Source: a virus (lineage: Duplodnaviria; Caudoviricetes). From it: DNA of 24,815 nucleotides. The translations under genes and the position numbers were made by a program. The notes beneath the pieces are model-generated. The model did no database searches. It saw nothing but the letters and a program-made list of their open reading frames with translations, and was not told where the DNA came from. The stretch lies in IMG/VR virus record IMGVR_UViG_3300043478_000039, positions 1-24,815 of that record. One strand, written 5' to 3'. Shown in pieces: positions 1 through 7,997 of this stretch (position 1 is its first letter; every line of letters begins with the position of its first letter).

Positions 1-2788
1 AGTTCAGCAGGTCGACCATCTCCTGCTGCTGCGGCGTCAGCTGCTCGGCCGCGCCAGCGTCTGTCGGCACCGGCGCGGCCTCGCCCTGGCCAGCCGTCGC
101 GGTCACGTCGGCAGGCGGGTTCTGCGAATACTCTCCGGGGCCGAGCGTGATGTCGCCGCCCTGCCCGATCTCCGGCATCACCTGGGCCAGCGGCACGGTC
201 GCGATCTGGCCGTCGTCCAGGAACTGTATGTTCGGGTTGCCGCTGGCGTCGTAGCTGTGGACGACGCCGGCGACGATGCCGTCGGGTCCCTCAACGCCGG
301 GGATCTGCACGGTCACCTTGGCGCCGGGCGGCGGCGCCCCCTGCGAAACCGCCTGCTGCGCGACCTGCCGCTGCGCTTCGCTCTCGCCGTGATCCAGCGA
401 CCGCTCCAACGGCCCCTTCACGCGACCTGGGAGATTGGCGCCGGCAGACAGCCCGGCGCCTTCAGGGGTCGGCGGCCCGCCGCCCGGACCACCGGCCGGC
501 GATCCGCCGGCCGGAGGTGGTAGCCCACCCGCCGGCGGTGCGCCACTGCCGTCGTCGGCAGCCGGCGGCGGTGCGTCTGTCTCGTCGCGGCTGAACGCGC
601 CTGCCGGGCCGCCCATGCCGACGCCCATCGCGCCGCCGGCCACGGCGCCGCCGAGCACTGCATTGGCGACGCCTTCGCTCAGTTTGCGGTTCGGGTCGAC
701 ACCCTGCACGCCGACGTTGGTCGCAACCTGCTCGCCGCCGCTCTGGATGGTCTCCTCGAGCGTCTCGGCGGCACCTTCCTTGGCGGCGCCTTTGACCATG
801 CGTCTGGCGAGGCCGCCCTTGATGCCCTTGGTGAAGATGTTGGCGAGCACCATGTCGCCGCGACCGCCGACCAGGCCGGTGGCGACACCGGCCATGATGC
901 CGGCCTTCGCCGACTGGCTGTCGATGATCGATGCCTTGGCTTCCTCCGGCGACACGCCTTGCTTGATCATCGCCTGGTAGGACTCGCTGGCGTCCCAGAC
1001 GCTCTGCGGCAGCGCCGCCAACTCCTGCTTGACCTGGTCGGCGGTCGAGCCGGCCGACAGCAGGCCCTCGCTGATGCCGCCTGCCTTGAGCGCCGTCTTG
1101 GCAGCCAGTGCCGACGCCGCCTCCACGGTCATGCCGCGGGCGACCGCCGCGGCGTAGGCGCCCTTCCAGATCATCCCGGTCGGACCCATGGTCAGCACCG
1201 TCGCGGGGATCGATTCGACGATGGTCGACATGTAGGCGCGCGGATCGGTCCAGGCGTCGCCCATCGTGTCGGTCTTGTCGTCGTACCAGTTCTTCTTGCG
1301 CGCCGCCTGCGTTGCCGCCGACAGCTGGCCCTCGTCTTCCTTGATGTTGGCGGCGACCAGCTCGGGCGTCGGCTTGCCGGTCAGCCACTCGTCGATCTTG
1401 CGCGTGCCGGCGGTGACGTACTCGCCGCCCGGCACGATGTTGATCAGCGAATCGATCGACGTGGCGATGCCCTGCCAGCCGATGTCGAGGAGGTTGCCGA
1501 CGTCGCTCAGGATGCCCGGCTGGTTGGCGTCGAACTTCTTCTTCCAGCGCTCGTACTGGCGGGCCGGCATGACAGTGACCGGCGGCAGCCCCTGCGCAGC
1601 GCGGGAGGCGTTGAGCTGCGCGTAGGGGTCGGCGACCGCCGCGTTGGGGCCGACGACGGGCGCCGCCCCAGGCGCTGCCACCGGGTCGACCATGGGTGCC
1701 TGCTGGAAAGAGGCGACCGGGTCGAACTCGGGAATTCCGGGTAGTGGCGGCGCGTTGGTCGGCGCCAGCTTGGTGTTCTGGTTGACCACGATGCGGGTGA
1801 TGCCGCCGCTGCCCTTGGTGACAGCGCCTGTCGTGCCGTAGTCGACGCCGGGATCGCCGACCGTGCCGGCGTACTCGAAGTGCATCGGGTCCTTGCGGCC
1901 CTTGAAGTCGCCGCCCCACACCAGGCCGTGCTTGGCGGCCAGCTCGCGGATGTTGGCGGGCAGGTTGGTCTTGCCGCCGCCGAGCGGGTTGTCGGCCGCG
2001 TTGATGTCGATGGCCGTGCCGAACGCATGCTGCGACAGCTTCTTGGAGCCGCGGATCGGCCGGTAGTTGTAGCCGCCTGACGACTTGACGTTGTAGCCCT
2101 GCGCGGCGAGGTCCTTGATCAGGCCATCAAATGCTGCAGCGGCCGGCTTGTAGACCTCCCAGCGCTGGCCTTTGACCGGCTCGATGACGGTGAGGTTGTC
2201 CTTCTTCCACTGCGCGGTCGAGGAATTGCCGAGCCGCGCGGCGTTGCCCCAGTTGGGGGTCAGCCGGCCGTCGCTGGTGCGCGCCTGCTTACCGGCCGGC
2301 TTGCCGCCGCCGCCGCTGTCGTAGAACTCGTGGCTGCCGATCTTGGTGGTCTTCTTGAGGCCGCCAGCCCAGCCGGGACGAATGCTGTCGGCGTGGTAGT
2401 GATCGGCGCCGCCGGTGATGTCGGGCAGCGCGCCGGTCATGACGCCGTCGACGATCTGCTCGGCCTCGGCACGGATCCGCGGATCGCGCTGCGCCGCCTT
2501 GGCGCCGGAGCCGGGGTGTTCATAGCCTGTGAATTGCTTGGGCTGCTTGACCACGGCGTCGGGGTCGAGGCCGCGCCGCTCGGCGCGGTTCTTGATGACG
2601 CCGGCGACCGCCTGCATGCCCTTGGCGCCCTCGCCGGCGGCTTCGGCGATGACCGTGTCGACGACGGCCGAACGGGCAGCCGGCGGCTGCGCCGGCTTGG
2701 CGGCCACGGCCGCAGCCGCCGGCGCAGGTCTGCGCTCCGCTCCGGGCAGAGGATCGAATGTAAAGCCCGTGCCGACGATCCGTTCCAT
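1..2788 (-). CDS. Giant virion/ejection protein, 5' part only (>929 aa, runs off the window); N-terminal SleB/CwlJ-like cell wall hydrolase (Hydrolase_2) followed by an M15 family peptidase; probable DarB-like/polyvalent protein
   Basis: Manual translation from ATG at 2788 (MERIVGTGFTFDPLPG...) is open to position 1. The stretch TVIAEAAGEGAKGMQAVAGVIKNR...KQPKQFTGY...DITGGADHYHADSIRPGWA...KIGSHEFY (~2320-2670) fits Hydrolase_2. The stretch GGYNYRPIRGSKKLSQHAFGTAIDIN...GLVWGGDFKGRKDPMHFEY (~1870-2200) has the SxHxxGxAxD and DxxHFE zinc motifs of M15 peptidases. A Gly/Ala-rich helical region follows (EGAAETLEETIQSGGEQVATN), typical of large ejection proteins. Confidence 0.88.
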   Translation of the reverse strand, partial: MERIVGTGFTFDPLPGAERRPAPAAAAVAAKPAQPPAARSAVVDTVIAEAAGEGAKGMQAVAGVIKNRAERRGLDPDAVVKQPKQFTGYEHPGSGAKAAQRDPRIRAEAEQIVDGVMTGALPDITGGADHYHADSIRPGWAGGLKKTTKIGSHEFYDSGGGGKPAGKQARTSDGRLTPNWGNAARLGNSSTAQWKKDNLTVIEPVKGQRWEVYKPAAAAFDGLIKDLAAQGYNVKSSGGYNYRPIRGSKKLSQHAFGTAIDINAADNPLGGGKTNLPANIRELAAKHGLVWGGDFKGRKDPMHFEYAGTVGDPGVDYGTTGAVTKGSGGITRIVVNQNTKLAPTNAPPLPGIPEFDPVASFQQAPMVDPVAAPGAAPVVGPNAAVADPYAQLNASRAAQGLPPVTVMPARQYERWKKKFDANQPGILSDVGNLLDIGWQGIATSIDSLINIVPGGEYVTAGTRKIDEWLTGKPTPELVAANIKEDEGQLSAATQAARKKNWYDDKTDTMGDAWTDPRAYMSTIVESIPATVLTMGPTGMIWKGAYAAAVARGMTVEAASALAAKTALKAGGISEGLLSAGSTADQVKQELAALPQSVWDASESYQAMIKQGVSPEEAKASIIDSQSAKAGIMAGVATGLVGGRGDMVLANIFTKGIKGGLARRMVKGAAKEGAAETLEETIQSGGEQVATNVGVQGVDPNRKLSEGVANAVLGGAVAGGAMGVGMGGPAGAFSRDETDAPPPAADDGSGAPPAGGLPPPAGGSPAGGPGGGPPTPEGAGLSAGANLPGRVKGPLERSLDHGESEAQRQVAQQAVSQGAPPPGAKVTVQIPGVEGPDGIVAGVVHSYDASGNPNIQFLDDGQIATVPLAQVMPEIGQGGDITLGPGEYSQNPPADVTATAGQGEAAPVPTDAGAAEQLTPQQQEMVDLLN

Positions 2789-2789
2789 G

Positions 2790-4082
2790 CTACTGGGAGA
2801 CCCCCGGCTGCGCCGCCGTGACCGCCAGCCTGACGTCCTGCGGCCACGCCTCCGGCGGGATGCCGGCGGCGATCAGCGCCTGACCGATCTGCTGGCCGTT
2901 GCCGCCCTGCTTGATCATCTGCGATGCCTGCATCAGGTACTGCTGCTGCTGGCCGGGATCGACCTGGCTGTTGCCGGCTGCCGGCGTCGCGGCCGCTGCG
3001 GGATCGGCGGGCGCGTTCGAACCCATCATCGGCCCGCTCGGCGCGACAGCGGCAGGCGCCGCCTCGCCGGGCAGCATGTCGCCTTCAGCGGCATAGTTGT
3101 CGTTGTCCACCGGCGCTGAAATGCCGAGCTGCTCGTCGGCGGGCGCTGCGTCGACCGCCGCGTCGGTGGTCGGCGTTTGCGCCGCCGGCTCGACGATCTC
3201 GCCGGTCGACGGATCGACGGCGACGCTCGGCCCGGTGGACGCCGGCTGGCCACGCCCGGCGAAGCGCTCGTCGACGGTCTGCTTGGCCAATGCCTCCTTC
3301 TCGTCGGCGCTCATCTCGGAGATATCAGGGTCGGTGAGCGCGCTGTCCTCGATGCGCTTGCGCTCCTCCTGGATGGCGTTCTGGTACTGTGCGTCGGTGA
3401 GCGCCCCGGTGCCGGTGCCGAGCTTCTTGTCGAGCTGCTTCTTGCGGCCGTAGGTGTCGACCTCGCGATCGGCCTTGGCCTGCTCGGCCTCCTGCTGGAT
3501 CTGGTACTCGAAGGCCTGCCGCGGGTTGATGGTCGAGGCGAAGAACTTGGGCAGGTCGGCGGTGGCGACGTTGCGCGTCACCTCCTTGCCGTCGGGCGTG
3601 GTGTAGCCGAGGCGATATCCTGTCACCGCGCCGGCCGCCTCGTCGTAGTATTCGGCGATGCTCATCTTGCCGTCGGGGCCGTAGCCGGAGGTGTTGGCGG
3701 CCTTCTGCATGTCCTTGAGCGCACCCTCGACGTCGCCCGCGTGGAACTTGCCAAGGCCGCTGGTGAACAGCTTGGCGGCCTTCTTGGTGCTCGACGCCTC
3801 GGCCCAGTCGGTCCACGCCTGCGCCTTGTCGGGGTCGCCGGCCTCGAGGTACTTGTTGGCGATCTGCGGCACCAGCTCGTTGGTGTAGCGCGCCATGAAG
3901 TCGCCCGGCTCGGCCTTGCCGGCGGCGACGTCGGCGTCGAACTGCTTCTTGCCGGCGCTGGTGATGCCCTCGACCGAGCTTTCCAGGCGCCGCTGCTTGC
4001 GGACCTCGTGCAGCTGCTGGCCGATCTGAGCGCCTTGGCTGAAGCCCTGCATGAATGATCCGAGTGCGATCCCCAGGCTCAT
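2790..4082 (-). CDS. Putative internal virion (ejection) protein, 430 aa
   Basis: ORF with SD GAGGA and an ATGA overlap with the upstream stop. N-terminus MSLGIALGSFMQGFSQGAQIGQQ, then a helical Ala/Gln/Glu-rich body. Position between an ejection-type gene and the giant protein. Confidence 0.7.
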   Translation of the reverse strand: MSLGIALGSFMQGFSQGAQIGQQLHEVRKQRRLESSVEGITSAGKKQFDADVAAGKAEPGDFMARYTNELVPQIANKYLEAGDPDKAQAWTDWAEASSTKKAAKLFTSGLGKFHAGDVEGALKDMQKAANTSGYGPDGKMSIAEYYDEAAGAVTGYRLGYTTPDGKEVTRNVATADLPKFFASTINPRQAFEYQIQQEAEQAKADREVDTYGRKKQLDKKLGTGTGALTDAQYQNAIQEERKRIEDSALTDPDISEMSADEKEALAKQTVDERFAGRGQPASTGPSVAVDPSTGEIVEPAAQTPTTDAAVDAAPADEQLGISAPVDNDNYAAEGDMLPGEAAPAAVAPSGPMMGSNAPADPAAAATPAAGNSQVDPGQQQQYLMQASQMIKQGGNGQQIGQALIAAGIPPEAWPQDVRLAVTAAQPGVSQ

Positions 4083-5215
4083 GCCGCCATCCTCCTCTCA
4101 GTCGACTTCTTGTGCTTTTTGCCGCCCATCGATTTGTGCAGCGTGCTGACCTTGTGATCGAGATCCTGCACCGCCTTCATGGTGATGCCGATGGCGTCCT
4201 GAAGGTTGATGGTGCCGTTGTCCTTCTGTCCCGTCGCCTTGGCGTAGTGCGTCGACATGGTGCCGGTGTGGCCCTTGCCGCCGTCGCCGGCGCCGGGCTT
4301 GTAGTCGAACTTCGAGACCGGCATCTTCTTGATCGCCTTGAGGCCATCGCCCTTCTTGACCGGCTTGATGTTCTTCTTCACCGCCGGGTCCGACATGGCG
4401 ACGATGCCAGCGATCGAGCCGAGGCCCGACGCCAGGTCAGCCATGCCGGCGTTCTTGGTCTGCTGTTCCTGCGCCCACCCCTGCATCTGGATGCCGTAGG
4501 TGTTGTTGAGCACGTTGGCGCGGTTGAACTGACCGGCCTGCGCGCCTGAGAAGGCCGGGTTCATATTCTGCGCCGGCATCATGGAGATCTGCTGGTTGTT
4601 GGCACCCAGCCCAACCGCCGACGAGCCGGCCGCCAGCGTCGTGCCGAGGTTGGCGCTGGAGCGGCCGAGCGCGGTGTTGCCGAGGTCGATCGCAGCACCC
4701 CGCATGGCGTCGCCACGCGCCCGCTCCTGCGCCCGCGCGCCGGTCGCAGCGCCGGCGCTGGCCAGTGCCGTGCCCAGCTCGCCGGCCCGCGCCGCATTGG
4801 TGCTGCGGCCGGAATCGGGGCGGATGCCGAGCGACGACGCCTCGCGCTGCGCCGTCTCGCGGGCCTGCGCCGATGCCGTGCTAACGCCGGCGACGGCTTC
4901 CGCCGCGCGGTCCTCCTGCTGCTGCTTGTTGCCGGCGACCTTGGCGTCGGCGAAGAACTTGTCCTCGATGGGCTTGGCCTTGTCGGTCCAGCGGGCGCGG
5001 TCCTCCGTCGCCCACTTCTGCGACTGGTCAGCGATGCCGAGCTGCTGGGTGATGACCTTGTTGGTGAGGGTGTCCAGGCCCTCCTGCCGCTTCGACGACT
5101 TGTCGAAGGCGGTCTTGGCAAACGCCAGCCATTCTTCTCCGGTCTCCGCGCCCTTGAGGGCCGCGGCGCCGATCTGCGGGTCTGGAGAGGGTGCGCTACC
5201 ACCGCTCTTGTTCAT
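4079..5215 (-). CDS. Putative ejection/DNA-transfer protein with C-terminal intramolecular chaperone autoprocessing (peptidase S74-like) domain, 378 aa
   Basis: N-terminal KSGGSAPSPDPQIGAAA and an Ala/Gly/Gln-rich helical body typical of podovirus ejection proteins. C-terminal MSDPAVKKNIKPV...LKAIKKMPVSKFDYK...HTGTM...IGITMKAVQDLDHKV fits the SDxxxKxNI Ser-Lys dyad domain. SD AGGAG. Confidence 0.75.
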   Translation of the reverse strand: MNKSGGSAPSPDPQIGAAALKGAETGEEWLAFAKTAFDKSSKRQEGLDTLTNKVITQQLGIADQSQKWATEDRARWTDKAKPIEDKFFADAKVAGNKQQQEDRAAEAVAGVSTASAQARETAQREASSLGIRPDSGRSTNAARAGELGTALASAGAATGARAQERARGDAMRGAAIDLGNTALGRSSANLGTTLAAGSSAVGLGANNQQISMMPAQNMNPAFSGAQAGQFNRANVLNNTYGIQMQGWAQEQQTKNAGMADLASGLGSIAGIVAMSDPAVKKNIKPVKKGDGLKAIKKMPVSKFDYKPGAGDGGKGHTGTMSTHYAKATGQKDNGTINLQDAIGITMKAVQDLDHKVSTLHKSMGGKKHKKSTERRMAA

Positions 5216-5233
5216 GGCAGGTCTCCTGGAAAC

Positions 5234-5252
5234 CCGGCACGTCCTGCGCTGG
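5234..5252 (-). promoter_or_regulatory. Conserved leader element copy 3: GGA-loop hairpin (CsrA-type site) overlapping an SD/AUG-sequestering hairpin (5213-5241)
   Basis: Core 14-mer at 5237-5250 is identical to copies at 9263-9276 and 22489-22502. mRNA CCAGCGC-AGGAC-GUGCCGG. Alternative stem CGUGCCGGGUUUC-CAG-GAGACCUGCCAUG pairs 12 of 13 positions, including G-U. Confidence 0.75.
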
Positions 5253-5263
5253 TGGTGGGGCCG

Positions 5264-5710
5264 TTATACCGCCAACGGCGGTTCCGGCAAAGGGAGCCAC
5301 AGACACTCCTCGCGCAGCATGCCGTAGAGCAGCAGATCGTCGCCGCCCGGCCCGGCCCGGCGCATGATGCCTTCCAGCTTCCAGCCGCCGAACCGGCGGA
5401 TGAAATGCCGCGACAAAGTGTTCTTCCTGGCGACCAGACAGGTGATGCGTGTGAAGTTGCACTGGATGAACGGGAAGGCCATGGCGCGAACGATGAAGGC
5501 CTTGGTCAGCCACCGCCGCTTGCCGTTGGAGACCACCGTAACGAGGCAGTCGTTGACGCCGAACGTGTCGAACAAAACCGCGCCGCGCAGCTCGCCGTCG
5601 ACCTCCATGGCGATCGCCTTGGCGTCGTCGCGCATGCGATGGCCGTTGCCAAGCAGCGCCTCGGCCCACTTCACGATGCGCTCGTCCTGGTTGTAGACGT
5701 ACTCGATCAC
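5264..5710 (-). CDS. GNAT-family N-acetyltransferase (virion assembly-associated, analogous in position to T7 gp13/P22 gp14), 148 aa
   Basis: RRWLTKAFIVRAMAFPFIQCNFTRITCLVARKNTLSRHFIRRFGGWKLEGIMRRA...DLLLYGMLREECLW is a RimJ/RimL-like GNAT C-terminal signature. Sits just upstream of the ejection genes. Confidence 0.85.
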   Translation of the reverse strand: MIEYVYNQDERIVKWAEALLGNGHRMRDDAKAIAMEVDGELRGAVLFDTFGVNDCLVTVVSNGKRRWLTKAFIVRAMAFPFIQCNFTRITCLVARKNTLSRHFIRRFGGWKLEGIMRRAGPGGDDLLLYGMLREECLWLPLPEPPLAV

Positions 5711-6042
5711 GTATGCGGCCGGTTGAGGTTTTCGTTCGACGTGACGCGGTCGTGCAGCCGGTCGGCGACGATCTTGAGGGCGTTCATGATGGTCGTGACG
5801 TCGCGCAGCAGAGCGTTGTAGTCGGCCATGGTCGGTGCCGCGGTCAGCACCTTGGCGCGCAGGCTGGTGTCGATGTGCAGGATGCCGTTGAGGTCGCGGA
5901 TGCGGACGGCGGCAGCGCTCTTGTCGCGGCGGCGGCCGCCAAACAATACTTCGAGGGCCTCGTCGTACTGCTCGCGCGGCCGCGTCGGGTTGCGGCTGCC
6001 GTAGCCGTTGTATTCGTGATCGCTGGTGTCGCCCCGGCTCAC
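5707..6042 (-). CDS. Hypothetical virion protein, 111 aa (real start inside the 437-aa track ORF)
   Basis: GTG at 6042 overlaps the upstream TGA (GTGA) and has SD AGAGG. Product ...EALEVLFGGRRRDKSAAAVRIRDL...AAPTMADYNALLRDV... The upstream part of the track ORF is an Arg-rich shadow frame. Confidence 0.75.
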   Translation of the reverse strand: MSRGDTSDHEYNGYGSRNPTRPREQYDEALEVLFGGRRRDKSAAAVRIRDLNGILHIDTSLRAKVLTAAPTMADYNALLRDVTTIMNALKIVADRLHDRVTSNENLNRPHT

Positions 6043-7997
6043 GGCTGCCTCTTGAGGTCGTCCATGGTCTTGGCCATGGTGATGCGATCGATGCGCTGGT
6101 CTGTCAACACGTCGATCTCCCAGGTCCGCGCCTTGAAGCCGGACGGCAGCCGTACCGCCTTGTTGGCGACGCCGATCGCCGCGACCAGCTTCTTGTCGGC
6201 CCACACGCCGACGGTCAGCGTTCCGCCCTCGGCCTTCGGCAGCGACGACGGCACCGCCGCGGCGGTCTGCGCGAACGCCCCGATCAGCGTCTGCGCGCCG
6301 CCGCTGCGGCGCGGCATCGGCAGCAGCTTGTCGCTGGCCAGCGGCGCCACGTTGATGAACTGCTCGGCGCGCACCTCGGCCGGCGGCGTGGTGATCGGCG
6401 CCAGGTAGCCGTAGCCGATCGGCGTCGAGGCGAGGTCGCCGTCGAGCGAGATGTACTCGCCAGACGGATACTGATCCTGGATCCAGTCGAGGTTGGTCTC
6501 CTGCCGCTCCTCCTCTTCCGCGTCCTCCGCCTCCTGGTCGAGCGGCAGGAAGTCGTCGAGCGTGTCGATGACGATGGCGCCATAGTTCTCGGAGTACGGC
6601 AGCACGAACTCCTTCGACTTCCAGTACAGCCGCTTGCGCCGCGCGAACGGCGAATCGAAGCGCCAGATCTCGGCCACCCCGACCGGCGCGTAGTAGAGCG
6701 CGCTGTCCTCGACGCTGTAGACGGCGGCGCGCGCGAAGATGTCGCTGCGGATCAGGAAGTTGGGGTTGGCGAGGTCGAGCAGCAGGGCGCCCTTCTCCTC
6801 GACCTCGTCCTGCGGGAAGTAGTCGTAGAAGGCGACATAGCGGCCGTTGATCTGGGCGGCGATCATCTGCTGCGGCCGCAGCTCGAGCCAGCCGTCGCGG
6901 TTGAAGATGGCATTGCTGGCGATGTTGATGGCGCCGGTGGCGGTGGCCATGACGATGCCTTCGTTCGACCCCCACGCGACGGCGTAGCCGAGGTCGACGA
7001 CCGAGCGCTTGTTGATGCACGGCAGCAGCTGCTCGATCTTCTGGCTGGTCATGTTCTCGGGCAGCGTGCCCGACACCATGTACGGATGCGCGTCGGTGGC
7101 CACGATGATGGCCATCGCCATGGCGCCGAGGCCCATCACCTCGTGCTCGAAAGTCAGCGAGTACTTCTCGGGCCAGGCGTGCGGCCGGTACGGCTCGCAG
7201 AAGTACAGCTTCTTCTTCTTGCCGCCGATCGGCACGGCGCCGCCGAACGCCGCCATCATGCCGTTGGGCAGGACGATCAGGCCCTCAAGGTCGTCCGGCG
7301 GTGCGCTCCACGTCACCGAGGGACACGGCTCGGCGATCGCGCTGACGGCGTTGTTGTCGGCGTAGTTGCCGTTCGAAGCGGTGCGCTCGGCGATCAAGTA
7401 GAGGCCGGTGCCGGATTGCCCGCTCTGCGATCGGTAGATGCGCTGCTTGTAGGGGAAGCGGACGCTGGTCGGGGCCGGGTCGGTGGGCGGCGCGGCGAAG
7501 CCGGACAGCGTCACTGTCATGCCGGGCATCCAGTTGACCGGCAGCGAGGCCGGCGCCGGCTCGCTCTCCTCGCCGAGCGCGCTGACGAAGGTGTAGGAAT
7601 AGACGCGCGTGGTGACGTCGCCGGAGCCGCCCGCCGGAGAGCAAACCAGCGCGCCGGTCGGCCGCGCGATGCCGAGGTCGTAGACCTGCGCGCCGATGCG
7701 GATCTTCGGCTTGCCGTCGCCGGTGTAGTAGAGGCGGTCCTCGGCGATCGGGCCGGGCGCGGCGTGGACGACGTTGTCCCAGCCGATCCAGGCGTTGTTG
7801 TACTTGTAGATGGTCTTCCAGTTGATGCTGCCGGTGACCGCCACGTCGAGCGACGGCTGCCGCATCGGCGTCAGGCCGCCGTCGTCGAGGCGGACGTCGC
7901 GGGCGCTCTGGGCGGCGGTCTCGGGCATCAGCCGCGGCAGGATGCGCGGCTGCTCGCCGGTGAAGGCTGTCAGGATGATGGGCGGGGCTGCGGGCAT
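6039..7997 (-). CDS. Tail nozzle / tail tubular protein B-like (P22 gp10-type head-closure) protein, 652 aa
   Basis: True start ATG 7997 (TGATG overlap): MPAAPPIILTAFTGEQPRILPRLMPETAAQSARDVRL. Beta-rich, with RVYSYTFVSALGEESEPAP, LYFCEPYRPHAWP, PCINKRSVVDLG and YWKSKEF motifs of the kind seen in podovirus nozzle proteins. Confidence 0.7.
   Translation of the reverse strand: MPAAPPIILTAFTGEQPRILPRLMPETAAQSARDVRLDDGGLTPMRQPSLDVAVTGSINWKTIYKYNNAWIGWDNVVHAAPGPIAEDRLYYTGDGKPKIRIGAQVYDLGIARPTGALVCSPAGGSGDVTTRVYSYTFVSALGEESEPAPASLPVNWMPGMTVTLSGFAAPPTDPAPTSVRFPYKQRIYRSQSGQSGTGLYLIAERTASNGNYADNNAVSAIAEPCPSVTWSAPPDDLEGLIVLPNGMMAAFGGAVPIGGKKKKLYFCEPYRPHAWPEKYSLTFEHEVMGLGAMAMAIIVATDAHPYMVSGTLPENMTSQKIEQLLPCINKRSVVDLGYAVAWGSNEGIVMATATGAINIASNAIFNRDGWLELRPQQMIAAQINGRYVAFYDYFPQDEVEEKGALLLDLANPNFLIRSDIFARAAVYSVEDSALYYAPVGVAEIWRFDSPFARRKRLYWKSKEFVLPYSENYGAIVIDTLDDFLPLDQEAEDAEEEERQETNLDWIQDQYPSGEYISLDGDLASTPIGYGYLAPITTPPAEVRAEQFINVAPLASDKLLPMPRRSGGAQTLIGAFAQTAAAVPSSLPKAEGGTLTVGVWADKKLVAAIGVANKAVRLPSGFKARTWEIDVLTDQRIDRITMAKTMDDLKRQP

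Noticed and set aside
462-1919. 485-aa minus-strand track ORF
   Set aside because: Arg-rich alternative frame of the giant gene. The real frame starts at 2788 and carries the hydrolase motifs.
4460-6815. Partial matches to the leader motif inside genes (about 4467, 4735, 6806)
   Set aside because: They share only GCAGGA-type cores explained by Gln-Glu/Asp codons, lack the complementary stem, and are not near start codons.
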